In this document: piece after piece, positions 38,720 through 49,854 of the stretch
How positions within the stretch are numbered: the first letter of the stretch is position 1
Layout: every line of letters starts with the position of its first letter
Source: Sedimentisphaerales bacterium
Lineage (GTDB): Bacteria > Planctomycetota > Phycisphaerae > Sedimentisphaerales > Anaerobacaceae
Direction: 5' to 3'
Length of the DNA: 64,000 bases
Assembly: GCA_963708075.1 (NCBI GenBank)
Contig: OY970194.1
Location: forward strand, 480,001-544,000
The notes under the pieces: model-generated
What the model was told of the DNA's origin: nothing
What the model saw: only the letters and a program-made list of their open reading frames with translations
Databases searched by the model: none
Program-made: the position numbers and the translations under genes

Positions 38720-40468
38720 ATGCTGATGAGTGAGAAAATCAAGGCATCGTATGGTGCTGTGATGATGGTTTTGGTCGGGCTGATCGTGGCCGTCAGTGCC
38801 GAGCCGGGCCGGGCGGAGGTTCGCTTCGGCAAGACCGTAATCGACACGGTGTTCCGGTCGGAGGGCGTGGCGGTGGGGGACGTCAACCACGACGGCAAGC
38901 TCGACATCCTCGCGGGCGAGGTGTGGTACGCGGCCCCGGATTGGCAGAGGCACGAGCTGTTGCCGCCGGGCAAGTATGACGGCTCGACCGGTTACAGCAA
39001 GACGTTCGCGAATTTCTCTTGCGATGTGAACCGCGACGGCTGGATCGACTCGGTCATCACCACGATGATGGGCGAGCCCTCGTTGTGGTACGAGAACCCG
39101 CAGAACAAGCCGGGACACTGGAGGGTTCATACCGGCACTCGCAGCGCGTGCAACGAGACGCCGGTCTTCGCGGACTTGCTCGGCAACGGCAAGCCCGTCG
39201 CGATCTGGGGCGTGCAGCCCGAGGGCTACATGGCGTGGTTCAGCATCCCCGAGGACCCATACGAGGAATGGACCTGGCACATTATCGGCGGTCCGAAAGC
39301 CCCGGGCAGCGAGAAGTTCAGTCACGGCCTCGGCGTGGGCGACATCAACGGCGATGGACGCAATGATGTGCTCGTACGCCAGGGCTGGTGGGAGGCGCCG
39401 CAGGACCGCACCCAGGGGCAGTGGACATTTCACGCGGTCGATTTCGGTCCGGACTGTGCCGACATGGTCGTGTACGATGTCGAGGGCGACGGCGACAGCG
39501 ATGTCATCACAAGCTCGGCCCACAATTACGGCATCTGGTGGTTCGAGCAATTGCCCGGCGGGCAATTCAAGCAGCACGAGATCACAAAAGCATTCTCCCA
39601 GACCCACGCCGTGCGCCTGGCCGATATCAACAAGGACGGAATCATGGATTTTGTCACCGGCAAACGCTACTTCGCGCATAACGGCAAGGACCCCGGCGCC
39701 TTCGAGCCCGCCTTGCTGGTCTGGTTCGAGATTCGCCGGCCGCAACCGGGCAAGGCCGAGTTCGTCCAGCACGTGATCGACAGTGATTCCGGCATCGGCA
39801 CGCAATTCGAAGTCGTGGACATGAACGGCGACGGCCTGCTGGACATCGTCAGCGCGAATAAAAAAGGCGTGCACCTGTTCCTCCAGGAGGGCTCGCAGGC
39901 CCGCGTCTCGCTCTTCGATGGCAAGACCCTCGATGGCTGGGAAGGCAACCTCGATTACTTCCGGGTCGAGGACGGCGCCATCGTAGCTGGCGACCGGACG
40001 AAGGCTACCCCGCGGAACGAGTTCCTCTGCACGAAAAAGGCGTACGGCGATTTCGAGTTGCGTCTGAAGGTCAAGCTGATCGGCGATCCCGCCAGTGCCA
40101 ACGCCGGTGTCCAGATTCGCAGCCGGCGCATCCCGAATCACAACGAGATGATCGGCTACCAGGCGGACATGGGCCAGCAGTACTGGGGCTGCCTTTATGA
40201 CGAGTCTCGACGCAACAAGATCCTGGCCCAGCCTGACCCGCAGCGCCTGCGCGAGACTCTCAAGCCCGGCGACTGGAACGAGTACGTCATCCGCTGCGTC
40301 GGTCCGCGAGTGCAACTGTGGCTCAACGGTGTACAAACTGTCGATTACGCCGAGCCCGATGCCTCCATCGAGCAGACGGGCTTCATCGGCGTGCAGATTC
40401 ACGCCGGTCCGCCCTCCGAGGCTCGGTACAAGGATATCGAGATTGAAACCATCACGAATATGCCCTGA
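38720..40468 (+). CDS. FG-GAP/VCBS repeat + DUF1080 (3-keto-disaccharide hydrolase-like) protein
   Basis: Repeated DxNxDGxxDI; SLFDGKTLDGWEG, DFELRL, GYQAD, WNEY, QIH. Confidence 0.88.
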   Translation: MLMSEKIKASYGAVMMVLVGLIVAVSAEPGRAEVRFGKTVIDTVFRSEGVAVGDVNHDGKLDILAGEVWYAAPDWQRHELLPPGKYDGSTGYSKTFANFSCDVNRDGWIDSVITTMMGEPSLWYENPQNKPGHWRVHTGTRSACNETPVFADLLGNGKPVAIWGVQPEGYMAWFSIPEDPYEEWTWHIIGGPKAPGSEKFSHGLGVGDINGDGRNDVLVRQGWWEAPQDRTQGQWTFHAVDFGPDCADMVVYDVEGDGDSDVITSSAHNYGIWWFEQLPGGQFKQHEITKAFSQTHAVRLADINKDGIMDFVTGKRYFAHNGKDPGAFEPALLVWFEIRRPQPGKAEFVQHVIDSDSGIGTQFEVVDMNGDGLLDIVSANKKGVHLFLQEGSQARVSLFDGKTLDGWEGNLDYFRVEDGAIVAGDRTKATPRNEFLCTKKAYGDFELRLKVKLIGDPASANAGVQIRSRRIPNHNEMIGYQADMGQQYWGCLYDESRRNKILAQPDPQRLRETLKPGDWNEYVIRCVGPRVQLWLNGVQTVDYAEPDASIEQTGFIGVQIHAGPPSEARYKDIEIETITNMP

Positions 40469-40491
40469 ACACATCCTTGCGGAGTCAGAAA

Positions 40492-41973
40492 ATGCTTATG
40501 CCTTTATTCGTCGCGGCGTTGCTTGCCTTGGCCGGTGCGGATGCGGAAAGCGGGGCGGCACTCGGCATCTTTCAGAAGTCTGCGGATGTCGGCAAGGTCA
40601 GCCATGCCGGCTTGGCAAAGTATGACGCAGGCGCGAAAGCCCATACCATCACCGGTGGCGGGGCGAATATCTGGGGCAGTGAGGACGCATTCCACTACGT
40701 CCGGCGAGAGCTCTCCGGCGATGTGGCTATGACGACTGACGTGCAGTGGCAGGGCACGGGCCTCGATCCGCACCGCAAGGCCGGCTGGATGATCCGCCAG
40801 AATCTTGAGCCCGGCTCCCCGTACGTGGACGCCGTGGTGCACGGGGATGGACTGATCTCGCTGCAATACCGGCGGGCGGCCAACGGGCCTACGGAGGAGA
40901 TTCGAGCCGCCTTCTCCGCTCCCGCGACGCTTCGCCTTGAACGCCACGGGGACGTCTTCACGTTATCTCTGTCCCGCGACAAGGGGCCGTTTCAGCCGGT
41001 CGGCTCTTTGTCGGTGACTTTGCAGGACCCGGTACTTGCCGGACTGATCGTGTGCTCGCACAACGACTCCGTAACGGAGACTGCCGTCTTCTCGAATGTG
41101 GATCTGAAGACTATGGGCAAGCCGAAAGCTGAGGATCGGGTCATTGAAAGCACGCTGGAGACGCTCTCCGTCCAGACGGGCGAGCGGCGGATCATCTATC
41201 GTGCCCGGCGGCATTTCGAGGCGCCGAACTGGTCGCGCGACGGCAGCTTCCTCCTGTTCAACAGCAACGGCCGGCTCCATACGATTCCGGTCAACGGCGG
41301 AGAGCCGAAGCAGTTGGATACGGGCGTCGCCATCAAGTGCAACAACGATCATGGGTTCTCGCCGGACGGCAAGTGGCTGGCCGTCAGCGATCAACACGAG
41401 GGCGACTCTCGCATCTATGTTCTTCCGAGCAGCGGGGGAGCGCCCCGGCTGGTCACGCCGCTGGGCCCATCCTATTGGCACGGCTGGTCGCCCGACGGAC
41501 GCACCCTCGCCTACTGTGCCGCACGCAACAACGAATACGACGTCTACACCATCGCCGTCGAGGGCGGCACGGAGCGCCGGCTGACCGACGCCAAAGGCCT
41601 GGACGACGGCCCGGACTACTCGCCGGACGGCCGATCCATCTACTTCAACTCCGAGCGCAGCGGCCTGATGCACATCTGGCGGATGAACGCCGACGGCTCG
41701 GCCCAGGAGCAGGTGACCTCCGACGCGGACTACGCCGACTGGTTCCCGCATCCATCCCCCGACGGCAAGCTCCTGGTCTTCCTCTCATTCGACAAGACCG
41801 TTCAAGGCCACCCGGCGAACAAGGACGTGACGTTGCGGATCATGGACCTGCCCACGGGCAAGCCCAGGACCTTGGCGCGATTGTTCGGCGGCCAGGGCAC
41901 GATCAATGTCCCCTCCTGGTCCCCCGACAGCCGCCGGGTTGCCTTCGTCAGCTACCGCCTGATAGCGCCCTGA
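40492..41973 (+). CDS. TolB-like/PD40 beta-propeller protein
   Basis: Repeated W/F/YSPDG motifs; signal peptide. Confidence 0.85.
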   Translation: MLMPLFVAALLALAGADAESGAALGIFQKSADVGKVSHAGLAKYDAGAKAHTITGGGANIWGSEDAFHYVRRELSGDVAMTTDVQWQGTGLDPHRKAGWMIRQNLEPGSPYVDAVVHGDGLISLQYRRAANGPTEEIRAAFSAPATLRLERHGDVFTLSLSRDKGPFQPVGSLSVTLQDPVLAGLIVCSHNDSVTETAVFSNVDLKTMGKPKAEDRVIESTLETLSVQTGERRIIYRARRHFEAPNWSRDGSFLLFNSNGRLHTIPVNGGEPKQLDTGVAIKCNNDHGFSPDGKWLAVSDQHEGDSRIYVLPSSGGAPRLVTPLGPSYWHGWSPDGRTLAYCAARNNEYDVYTIAVEGGTERRLTDAKGLDDGPDYSPDGRSIYFNSERSGLMHIWRMNADGSAQEQVTSDADYADWFPHPSPDGKLLVFLSFDKTVQGHPANKDVTLRIMDLPTGKPRTLARLFGGQGTINVPSWSPDSRRVAFVSYRLIAP

Positions 41974-41990
41974 GCGGGTCTCCGTTCCGC

Positions 41991-44900
41991 TTATCGCCGG
42001 CCACCGGTGGCTGCGAGCAACTTGTCCAATGGGACATCATCTTTCGGGAGCTCGCCGTTGGGGACCACGATGTGGAACCTGCTTCCTTTGCCCTTGGCGC
42101 TCTTGATCTTCATCCGCCCGCCGAGCAACTCGACGCGCTGGCGGATGCTGAGTAGCCCAAGTCCGGAGGTCTCTCTCAGCTCCTGCGGGTCGAATCCGCA
42201 CCCCCGATCCAGCACGGACAGGCACAGGTACCGACCCCTCCGGCACACCCGGATTCGGGCCTCGTGGATCCCAGCGTGCTTGATCACGTTGAACAGCATT
42301 TCCTGGGTGGCCCGGAACAGGAACATCGTCATTGCTTCCGATTGGGGCATTGACTCGCCATTGATCTGGACATGAACCGTGAGGCCATGCTTTGCCTGCA
42401 TATGTCTTGCCAGCCAGCCAAGAATTTCGGCGAGATCATTCATGTGCAGCACGGCCGGGCTCAACTCATAAGACAAGCCGCGGGACTTCTCTATCGCTTC
42501 CTTCAACATTCCATCGACCTTGGCCGCAATCGCCTGCTGCGGCGGATCGTGCCTGAGCCGGCTGCTTAGCAGGCTCAGATGGAACTTGGCCCCGGCGATG
42601 TATTGCTGCAGATCCTCGTGCAGGATCGCCGCGATGCGCTTGCGCTCCCGGTCCTCTGCCTGCGACAACTCCAGCGTCAGCTTCTGAAGCTGCTTCGCGC
42701 GCTTCTCCAGTTCCGCCGTCCGCTCAGCGACTCTGTTCTCCAGTGTCGCGTTCAACTCCCGTAGCGATTCCAGTGTGCGGCTGTTGCGCAAGGCGATGGC
42801 GACCAGCTCGCCAAAAGTGGCGGCCAGAGTCGCGTCGTGGTCGGTGAACCCGCCCGGCTTGTTTCCCAGCCCGAGCAGGCCGATAGTCTGTCCATCAACG
42901 ACCATGGGGGCAAACAGGACGCTCTCCAGGCGCACGTGACCGGCCGGAAGCAACTCGGCCCAGGAACTGTTGGCAAAGTCGTTGTGATACATGACCCGGC
43001 CGGCGCGATAGACCTCTGCTCGGAACCCTCGCACGGGCATCGGCAGCGATGGGTCCACCGTGCAGGACAACCCGCCGGGCTCCAGAAACAGCACTTGGCT
43101 GTTCTGACCGTCCGGTGTCAGCACCGCCACGTATCCGGCCGCTGCTCCCAGCAGCCCGCGGCACGCGTTGAATACCATCTGGATCGCCGAGACCAGGTCT
43201 CGACACTCCAACACCGCGCGGGTGCAGGTCATCAAGGCTGAAATCTCGGCACACCGCTGCCGGGCATCCAGCAATGCCGCTTTCATCGCCTCCTCGGCCC
43301 GCTTGCGCTCGGTGATGTCGCGGCCCACTCCCTGAATCTCCACGACCCGGCCGTCACCATCAAGGATCGCCCGGTTGATCCAGTGATGCACGCGCACCCG
43401 GCCCTTTCCGTCGATCACAGAGTGTTCGAGCGATACGATGGGGTTCTCTCGGGAAAGTCTTCCGATTTCGTGCTTCAGCCTCGCCCTTTCCTCTTTCGGA
43501 ATCATTGGCAGGAAGCTCACCCCATATACATCGTCCTTCTTCTTGCCGAAATACGTAAGACTCGCCTCGTTCATGAAAATGAGTTCACCGCTGGGCAGGA
43601 ACCGCGTCACAAATTCCGTCTGATCTTCGACAATTGCCCGGTACACCTCCTGGCTGTGCCTCAACTGCTCCTCGGCTTGTTTGCGGGCGGTGATATCGAG
43701 GATGGAGGCGAGCCAGCCCACGACCTCACCCTGCCCGTTCCTCTCGGGAACGTACGTCACGCGCATGAACCGAGTGCCGATTCTCTGGTAGGGGATTTCG
43801 GTTCTCGTATTCAACCCGCTGGCCTTGCAAGACCCTTTCGATGTAGGGGCGAATCGTCTCGAATGCTTCCTTGCCCAGAATCTCGACGATGGGCTTGCCG
43901 ACGATTTCTTCCGGCGGACGGCCGAACATCCCGGCGCAGGCACGGTTCACGAAGACGTATCGCAGGTCGCGGCTCAATCGTGTCAGCAAGACTGGCGTCG
44001 CATCGGCGATGAGCTGGAGCTCAGCTTCCTTTGCAAGCAGCGCCTCTTCTGCCCGCTTGCGCTCCGTGATGTCGCGGATGATGGTCTGGATAGCCCGTGC
44101 CCCCTGGGAATCCACCGGCGCCGTGTGGAACTCAACAGCAATTTCTTGCCCATCCAGGCGAAGGAGCGTGGCCTCTCGTGGAGGGAGCCTGTCGCCTGTC
44201 ATTGCCGTGCGCGTCCGCTCGACGGCCAGTTCGCGGTCCTGAGGCCGAAAGAAGTCCAGGACGGTATGGCGAGCCAGCCGCTCGAAGCTCCGCGCACCCG
44301 TAAGGGCCAGGGCCGCGCTGTTGGCGTAGAGAAACCTGCCGTCCCGGTGCACAACGATGGCATCCGGTGCGGTCTCGAACAGTGTCCGGTAGCGATCCTC
44401 GCTTTCGCGCAGCGCCTTCTCCAGCGAGATTCCCCAGACGTGAGACTCGCGCACGGAGGCGACCGCCGCGATGAGCATGTACAGGCCGCCGAGCGCCTGG
44501 GTCGCGCGGCCCGTCCAGCCGAGGATGCTGGCGTGGTAGGTCTGGAGCATTACCCCGAAAAGTCCGACCGCAATCAGCAGGAGGCCAAGGGCATACCAAT
44601 ATGCGAAGGCAGACATGGTTCTGCGGCTCGCCGAACCCAGCCGCAGAGCGGTGAGGGCGAACATGGCGATAGCGGAGATCAGCACGATCTGACGCACCGG
44701 CGTCCCGCCACGCTCCTCGATAAAGAAGGCCGGTATCCAACCTGCGAGCGCTGACAGGGTGACCAGCATGACAGCGCCAACGGCAAGCGCGCAGGCAGCC
44801 AGCAACCATAAAGCCGGCGGAGACAGGGACCGCCTTGGCCGCAGCGAGAGAGACACGCCGGCCAGATGGCACAGGCCGGACAGCCATACGCAGCTATTGT

Positions 44901-45240
44901 AGATGGTTATACTGATGTTGGCATCGCCACGGGCGGCGGCGGTCGCCACCACACCGGCAGGACCCCAAATGACCACGCCGCAACCCAGCAGCAGCAGTCC
45001 CGGCGAGGCGCTGACCAGAAAGCTTCGCGTGATGAGGTACGCGACGAACAGGCACACCAGTGTCGAGAAGACGAGGTTCAGGGTCAATAGCAGATAAAGC
45101 GACTCATGGGTGCCCTGCTGGTCAGTAGCCCAGAATATGATCAGCACCGCCAGGAGGACAGGGACAGGCAGCCACGCCAGCCGACCGAGACGGGACCGGC
45201 GCGCATCACCAACCTGTAACGAGTTCGGATTCCTGCCCAT
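41991..45240 (-). CDS. Membrane sensor histidine kinase (multi-TM + 3 PAS + GAF + HisKA_3/HATPase), frameshifted at ~43795
   Basis: DITERK/DITARK PAC ends; ERKRIAAILHEDLQQ, QEMLFNVIKHA, DRGCGFD, GLGL; EYE-TEIPY junction. Confidence 0.88.
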
Positions 45241-45373
45241 CACTCGCCCACTGCGGGGCCTCCAGCAACACAGGAGCATCCACGGCCGACTTGCCAAAGT
45301 GAGCTAAGGAGCGCCAGCGGTATCGTACAGAGCGACTCACAGGAAACAACTAAGGAAATTCCTTAGTCGCGCG

Positions 45374-46222
45374 TCAAAGCAAGCCCGCTTCGGCAAACAT
45401 CTGTCGGACAAGCTCGATGGATTTGGCAAGACATTCCTTGCCGTACGCGGCCGTGGCGTCGCGCGGGTCCTCACCGCCGACCCCTTGCGGCCACGTGGAG
45501 CGAGACTGGGGCAACTGGGACAGGTCCACCAGGTCCGGCTTCAGGTGCATCATCAGGGAGGTCTCATTGCGGGCGGCGTGGTCCACCTGGCTTCTCCACC
45601 CAACAATTTCCTTGGTGACTCCGAAGAGCTTGAGGCCGAAGCGTGCCTGTCGCTCGGACAGATTCTCGGCCCATGACCATCGCGAGGGCCCGTGACCATC
45701 GGCGAAGACGGCGCGAAAGCCGGCGCGTTTGAGTTGCGCGAGGATCGCATCGACCATGAGCAAATGGAACCCGTTGGGGACCCAGTAGCAGCTTCCATCC
45801 AATTGCCGCGGCGGGGTGGTGGACTCGGCATAGTCCATGCCGACGAGCATCTTCCCGTCGTCAGCCGGTTTGGCGCGGTCCGGTCCGAGGTAGATCGGCG
45901 GGATCACAATCCCGCCGAACCGGCGTGCACACTCCGCCATGAGCCCCTCGCTCTGCATCGCATCGGAGCCCAGGGGGAGGTGCTCCCCGTGCCATTCGAG
46001 AGTGCCCAGAGGCAGATAGGCAATGGGCTTCTGGGCGAGCCTCTTACGAAACTCATGCGGCAGAAGCTCGTCAAAGCGCACCTTGACCGTCGTGGCCGCG
46101 TTCTCCTTCGATTCCGGGCCGGCTGCTGCAATGGACTGCACGCCCGGCACGATCCCTGCCGATGCGCCGGCGATGCCGGCGACGAGAATGTCACGACGCG
46201 ATGGATACTCGGCTTCTTGCAC
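45374..46222 (-). CDS. Creatininase-family amidohydrolase with Tat-like leader
   Basis: PLGTLEWHGEHLPLGSD, GHG, DHAARNETS; SRRDIL. Confidence 0.88.
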   Translation of the reverse strand: MQEAEYPSRRDILVAGIAGASAGIVPGVQSIAAAGPESKENAATTVKVRFDELLPHEFRKRLAQKPIAYLPLGTLEWHGEHLPLGSDAMQSEGLMAECARRFGGIVIPPIYLGPDRAKPADDGKMLVGMDYAESTTPPRQLDGSCYWVPNGFHLLMVDAILAQLKRAGFRAVFADGHGPSRWSWAENLSERQARFGLKLFGVTKEIVGWRSQVDHAARNETSLMMHLKPDLVDLSQLPQSRSTWPQGVGGEDPRDATAAYGKECLAKSIELVRQMFAEAGLL

Positions 46223-46245
46223 GGTCCATCTCCTTTCGGATCTCC

Positions 46246-47211
46246 CTATATCTTCTCAAACTGAGCGAGCACGTAATCCCGTGCCACCGGGACCTCGGGG
46301 AGCGAGAGATGCTCGACCGCCAGGTAGATCTCGCGGTCCAGTTCCGCCAGCAGCCGCAAGTACAGCGGGTAATCGAGCACGCCTTTGCCCGCAGCGGGCA
46401 GCTCGGTGTCATCGGCGTTGGCCGCCGCTTTGACGTCCTTGGCGTGCGCTATGACCGTCTGCTTGCCGACTCTCTGGAAGATGTCCTTGAGCATCGGCTG
46501 CATCCGGGCAAGCTCCGCTTTTCGGAAGTAGTTGCACGGGTCCATCACCAGCTTGAGGGCGGGCGACTTCACATCGCGGAACAGTCGCTCCGCACGCTCG
46601 GCGGAGCCGATGACATTCTTCCAGTAGGCCTCGATGGAAATCACGGCCCCCGTCTTCTCGGCAAGCCTGGCGAACTTCTCCAGTGACGTCCGGCACTGCT
46701 GGTAGGCTGCTTCCGTCGCGTTCTCGGGCGAATCGTTCCACTCCGACTCGGCGTTGCGCGACCCGGTCTCGGTGGAGATGTTATTGGAGCCCAGGCGCTT
46801 CCAGTTCTCGATCAGGAACTGCATCCGCTGCTCGCCGCGTTTGCGGTCTTCCGCGTTCGGCGCGACGACATTGTAGTAGCCGTACAGGCCAACGACCTTG
46901 ATTCCGTTGCGATCCAGGGTGCTTGTGATCTTGTTCGCCGCCTCCCAATCGGGCGCGAAGGGATCGAATCGCACGTCGGCGAAGTTGCCCTCCAGCACGA
47001 CGCCGCTGAAGCCATCGGCTTTGATCCTTTTCGCCGCCTCCTCCAGGGGCAGCCCGGCGTACACACCCGTAAAGATCGCCAGCTTGAGGTTCTTCTTCGC
47101 CCTGGCTCTGAGGTCGTCGGCCGCCCGGCCGGCCAGCGGCGTGGCGAGGGCGACAGCTCCGGCGAGCTTCAGGCAATCACGACGAGACAACCATCCGTTT
47201 TGCTCTTTCAT
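46246..47211 (-). CDS. Tat-exported sugar phosphate isomerase/epimerase (TIM barrel)
   Basis: SRRDCLK; IEAY, DPCN, HAKD, VEH. Confidence 0.85.
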   Translation of the reverse strand: MKEQNGWLSRRDCLKLAGAVALATPLAGRAADDLRARAKKNLKLAIFTGVYAGLPLEEAAKRIKADGFSGVVLEGNFADVRFDPFAPDWEAANKITSTLDRNGIKVVGLYGYYNVVAPNAEDRKRGEQRMQFLIENWKRLGSNNISTETGSRNAESEWNDSPENATEAAYQQCRTSLEKFARLAEKTGAVISIEAYWKNVIGSAERAERLFRDVKSPALKLVMDPCNYFRKAELARMQPMLKDIFQRVGKQTVIAHAKDVKAAANADDTELPAAGKGVLDYPLYLRLLAELDREIYLAVEHLSLPEVPVARDYVLAQFEKI

Positions 47212-47237
47212 GGCAACCTCCCATCATTTGCTCCGTC

Positions 47238-48434
47238 TCAGGATGCTTTTACGCTCTGCACGCTCCCGCGATGCAGGGGACTTCTGTTCAGGTGCAGGAT
47301 CTTGGCGCCCTCAATGCCGTTGAATTTTGTGGATGAGGCGATGCTGTAGGCGCCTATGTTCTCTGTGTAAAGGTAGTCGCCGATTTCCAGATTTGCCGGA
47401 AGCTGCTCCGAGAGGGAGATCTTGTCGAAGCTGTCGCACGTAGGCCCGACCACGGCGCAGACCTCCGTGTCGCCTTCCTTGAAGGCGTGGAAATTGGGAA
47501 TCCAGTGATCGTAGACGACGCCGGAGAATGTGTGGTAGACGCCGTCGTTGATATAGTAGAAGATCTTGCCGTCTCTCCTGGCCTTTCCCACAATCTGGGA
47601 AATCAGCCCGGCGGCCGTGGCCACCATGAATCGTCCCGGCTCGGCGAGGAGCTCCACGTCCGGCGGGAAGAGCCTCGTGCACTCGGCGTTGATGACTTCC
47701 GCCAGTCTCGCAAACTGCGGGACCCGCGAATCGTAGGGGACGGGGAAGCCACCGCCGATATCCACGATCTTCACATGGTAACCTCTCTTGCGTGCGTCGT
47801 GCAGGATTTGCGACGCGATGTCCAGCGCGGCGGCGTAGTTATCGAAATTCGTGCACTGGCTCCCGACGTGGAAGCTCAATCCCTCGACCACCAGCCCCAG
47901 GTCAAATGCCTGTTGGATCAAGCCCCGTGCATCGCCGGGCTCGGCGCCGAACTTGGAACTCATCTCCACCTGCGAGCCGATGTCCGGCACCTTCAGCCGC
48001 AAGACCAGGCCGGCGGTGTCGCAATGCTCTTTGATCTTCTTCAACTCGTCCACGTTGTCATACGTGACCAGCGGCTTATACCGCCTGATCTTGCGGAGCG
48101 TTTCGGCATCCTTGATCGTGTTGGAGAAGATGATCTTGTCCCAGATGTAGAAATCCTTTTCCTTCGCCTCGAAGCCCGCGATGTACTCATAGACCTGCAT
48201 GAACTCATTGTACGAGGCCACGTCAAAGCTCGCACCTTCCTCGAACAGCGTCCGGACGATCTCCTGGTTGGAGTTCGCCTTTACCGCATAGTACGCCTGG
48301 ACCCTGGGCAGGTGCTTCTTGAACGTGCGATAGTTTTCCCTGATCCGATCGTGATCGATGATGAATAGGGGAGTCCCGTGTTCCTGTGCTAATCCGAGCG
48401 CTTGTTCCTTCATTCCCTTGCTACTCCATATCAC
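47238..48434 (-). CDS. Fold type III PLP decarboxylase (ornithine/lysine decarboxylase-like)
   Basis: YYAVKAN, SKFG, FHVGSQ, DIGGGFP, EPGRF, GPTCDSFD. Confidence 0.92.
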   Translation of the reverse strand: MIWSSKGMKEQALGLAQEHGTPLFIIDHDRIRENYRTFKKHLPRVQAYYAVKANSNQEIVRTLFEEGASFDVASYNEFMQVYEYIAGFEAKEKDFYIWDKIIFSNTIKDAETLRKIRRYKPLVTYDNVDELKKIKEHCDTAGLVLRLKVPDIGSQVEMSSKFGAEPGDARGLIQQAFDLGLVVEGLSFHVGSQCTNFDNYAAALDIASQILHDARKRGYHVKIVDIGGGFPVPYDSRVPQFARLAEVINAECTRLFPPDVELLAEPGRFMVATAAGLISQIVGKARRDGKIFYYINDGVYHTFSGVVYDHWIPNFHAFKEGDTEVCAVVGPTCDSFDKISLSEQLPANLEIGDYLYTENIGAYSIASSTKFNGIEGAKILHLNRSPLHRGSVQSVKAS

Positions 48435-49615
48435 GAGCCGAGCTTCTTCATGAGCTTCTTGAGAGCCTCGATCTCTTTGTTGTTTTCGAGGTAAGACTCC
48501 ATCAGCTTCTCATGGAGCTCCTGCCCGCGATCATATAGCCGTTTCAACTTCTTGGGTTTCGTGGTTTGTACCGTGTAAGCCACCATCATCGGCAAGGCGG
48601 CCGTGACATCGAGGTAGGCCGTCACGGTCTCCTCCAGCCTCGCCGGATCGATCTTGCCCCAGCTTACCGCCTCGCTCGGCGGCGCCCCGGAGAGTCCACC
48701 GGTGTCCGGCCGGGCGTCCGTCACGTTGATATCGTAGTCCTGGCCGGCTTCCGGGATCATCAGGACTTCCTGAATCTGCGGCTCCGTCTGAAGCATGAAG
48801 TTCTTCGGACTTCCGCCGCCGATGAGGATGACCCCGGTCTTGCCGTTCTCGTATTTCTTCGCGTTCAGGATGATGGCCGTCGAGTCGTTGACGTCGATGC
48901 TCGGATTGATCTTCAGCTTGAACGTATCCTGCAGGCCCGACGCTTCAGCAAGCAGTTCCAGCCCCGCCACGTTCATCCCGATGGTCGAATCCCCCGGCGA
49001 GGACGTGAAGACGGGAATCCCGTTGCGATAGGCCGCAGCCAGGATGCTTACCTGGCCGATGCCGTTCTTACGCTCATGCTCGTCGAGGATCTTCCCGAGA
49101 TAATAGTAGAATTCCCGCGTGCCCATTTCTTTCTGGAATTCCGGCCGGACCAGAATCTGCCGCAACTGCCGGTCGGTTTCCATCAGGACGTCTTCATAAT
49201 CGAACAGGATGTCGTAGATCCTCGTGACGCCCGTCTTCCGCAGGTCGGCGTCATCGACGGCGTGGCTGCCCCGGTGCATCGGCAGATTGAACGCGAAATG
49301 CAAATCATGATACATGTTCGCGCCGGTCGCCGTGAGCCAGTCCACAAAGCCGTGATTCATCAGGGGGATGATCGCGGCAGGCCCGAGTCCCGCCGGCGTC
49401 AGGGCGCCCGCCATGCTCAAACCCACGGTTACGTCTTCCGGGGAGTACTTGTCTCTCAGTAGATGACACGCGGCCCGCAACCTGCCGCCATTGTAGGCGT
49501 CCATGCTGTCGATCAACTGCACGACGTTCGTGGTTGCCGAGATCGGCTCCGGCAGAATCCGCTTGCCGCAGAGATATTTTGACTTGCTCGAATGCTGTGC
49601 CTTCTCTTTTCCCAT
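48431..49615 (-). CDS. Deoxyhypusine synthase-like protein (probable homospermidine synthase type)
   Basis: TGANMYHD, PGDSTIG, GGGSPKNF, GGLSGA..SEAVSWGK (catalytic Lys). Confidence 0.9.
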   Translation of the reverse strand: MGKEKAQHSSKSKYLCGKRILPEPISATTNVVQLIDSMDAYNGGRLRAACHLLRDKYSPEDVTVGLSMAGALTPAGLGPAAIIPLMNHGFVDWLTATGANMYHDLHFAFNLPMHRGSHAVDDADLRKTGVTRIYDILFDYEDVLMETDRQLRQILVRPEFQKEMGTREFYYYLGKILDEHERKNGIGQVSILAAAYRNGIPVFTSSPGDSTIGMNVAGLELLAEASGLQDTFKLKINPSIDVNDSTAIILNAKKYENGKTGVILIGGGSPKNFMLQTEPQIQEVLMIPEAGQDYDINVTDARPDTGGLSGAPPSEAVSWGKIDPARLEETVTAYLDVTAALPMMVAYTVQTTKPKKLKRLYDRGQELHEKLMESYLENNKEIEALKKLMKKLGS

Positions 49616-49854
49616 CGTTCGTCCTGTTCAGACCTCTTCAATACCATGTGAACCTGTCTATTCATCGGGGGGGTCGTGACATCCTCCCGTACACGTTGGC
49701 CGGCATTCTACACGATCTGCCCGGCTACGTGAAGCATAATGCGGAGCAACCAGGCATTTCAGGTGTTGCCTCGCAGTTGACCTCAGGCGTGCCTGAGAGT
49801 ACTTTACGCTCAGTTGGCAACACGTACAAACACGCTTCACGAAAGGATAGACGC

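Noticed and set aside
49534..49854. N-terminal extension of the PHP ORF
   Set aside because: Overlaps the divergent DHS-like gene start; RBS and Tat leader indicate a start at 49855
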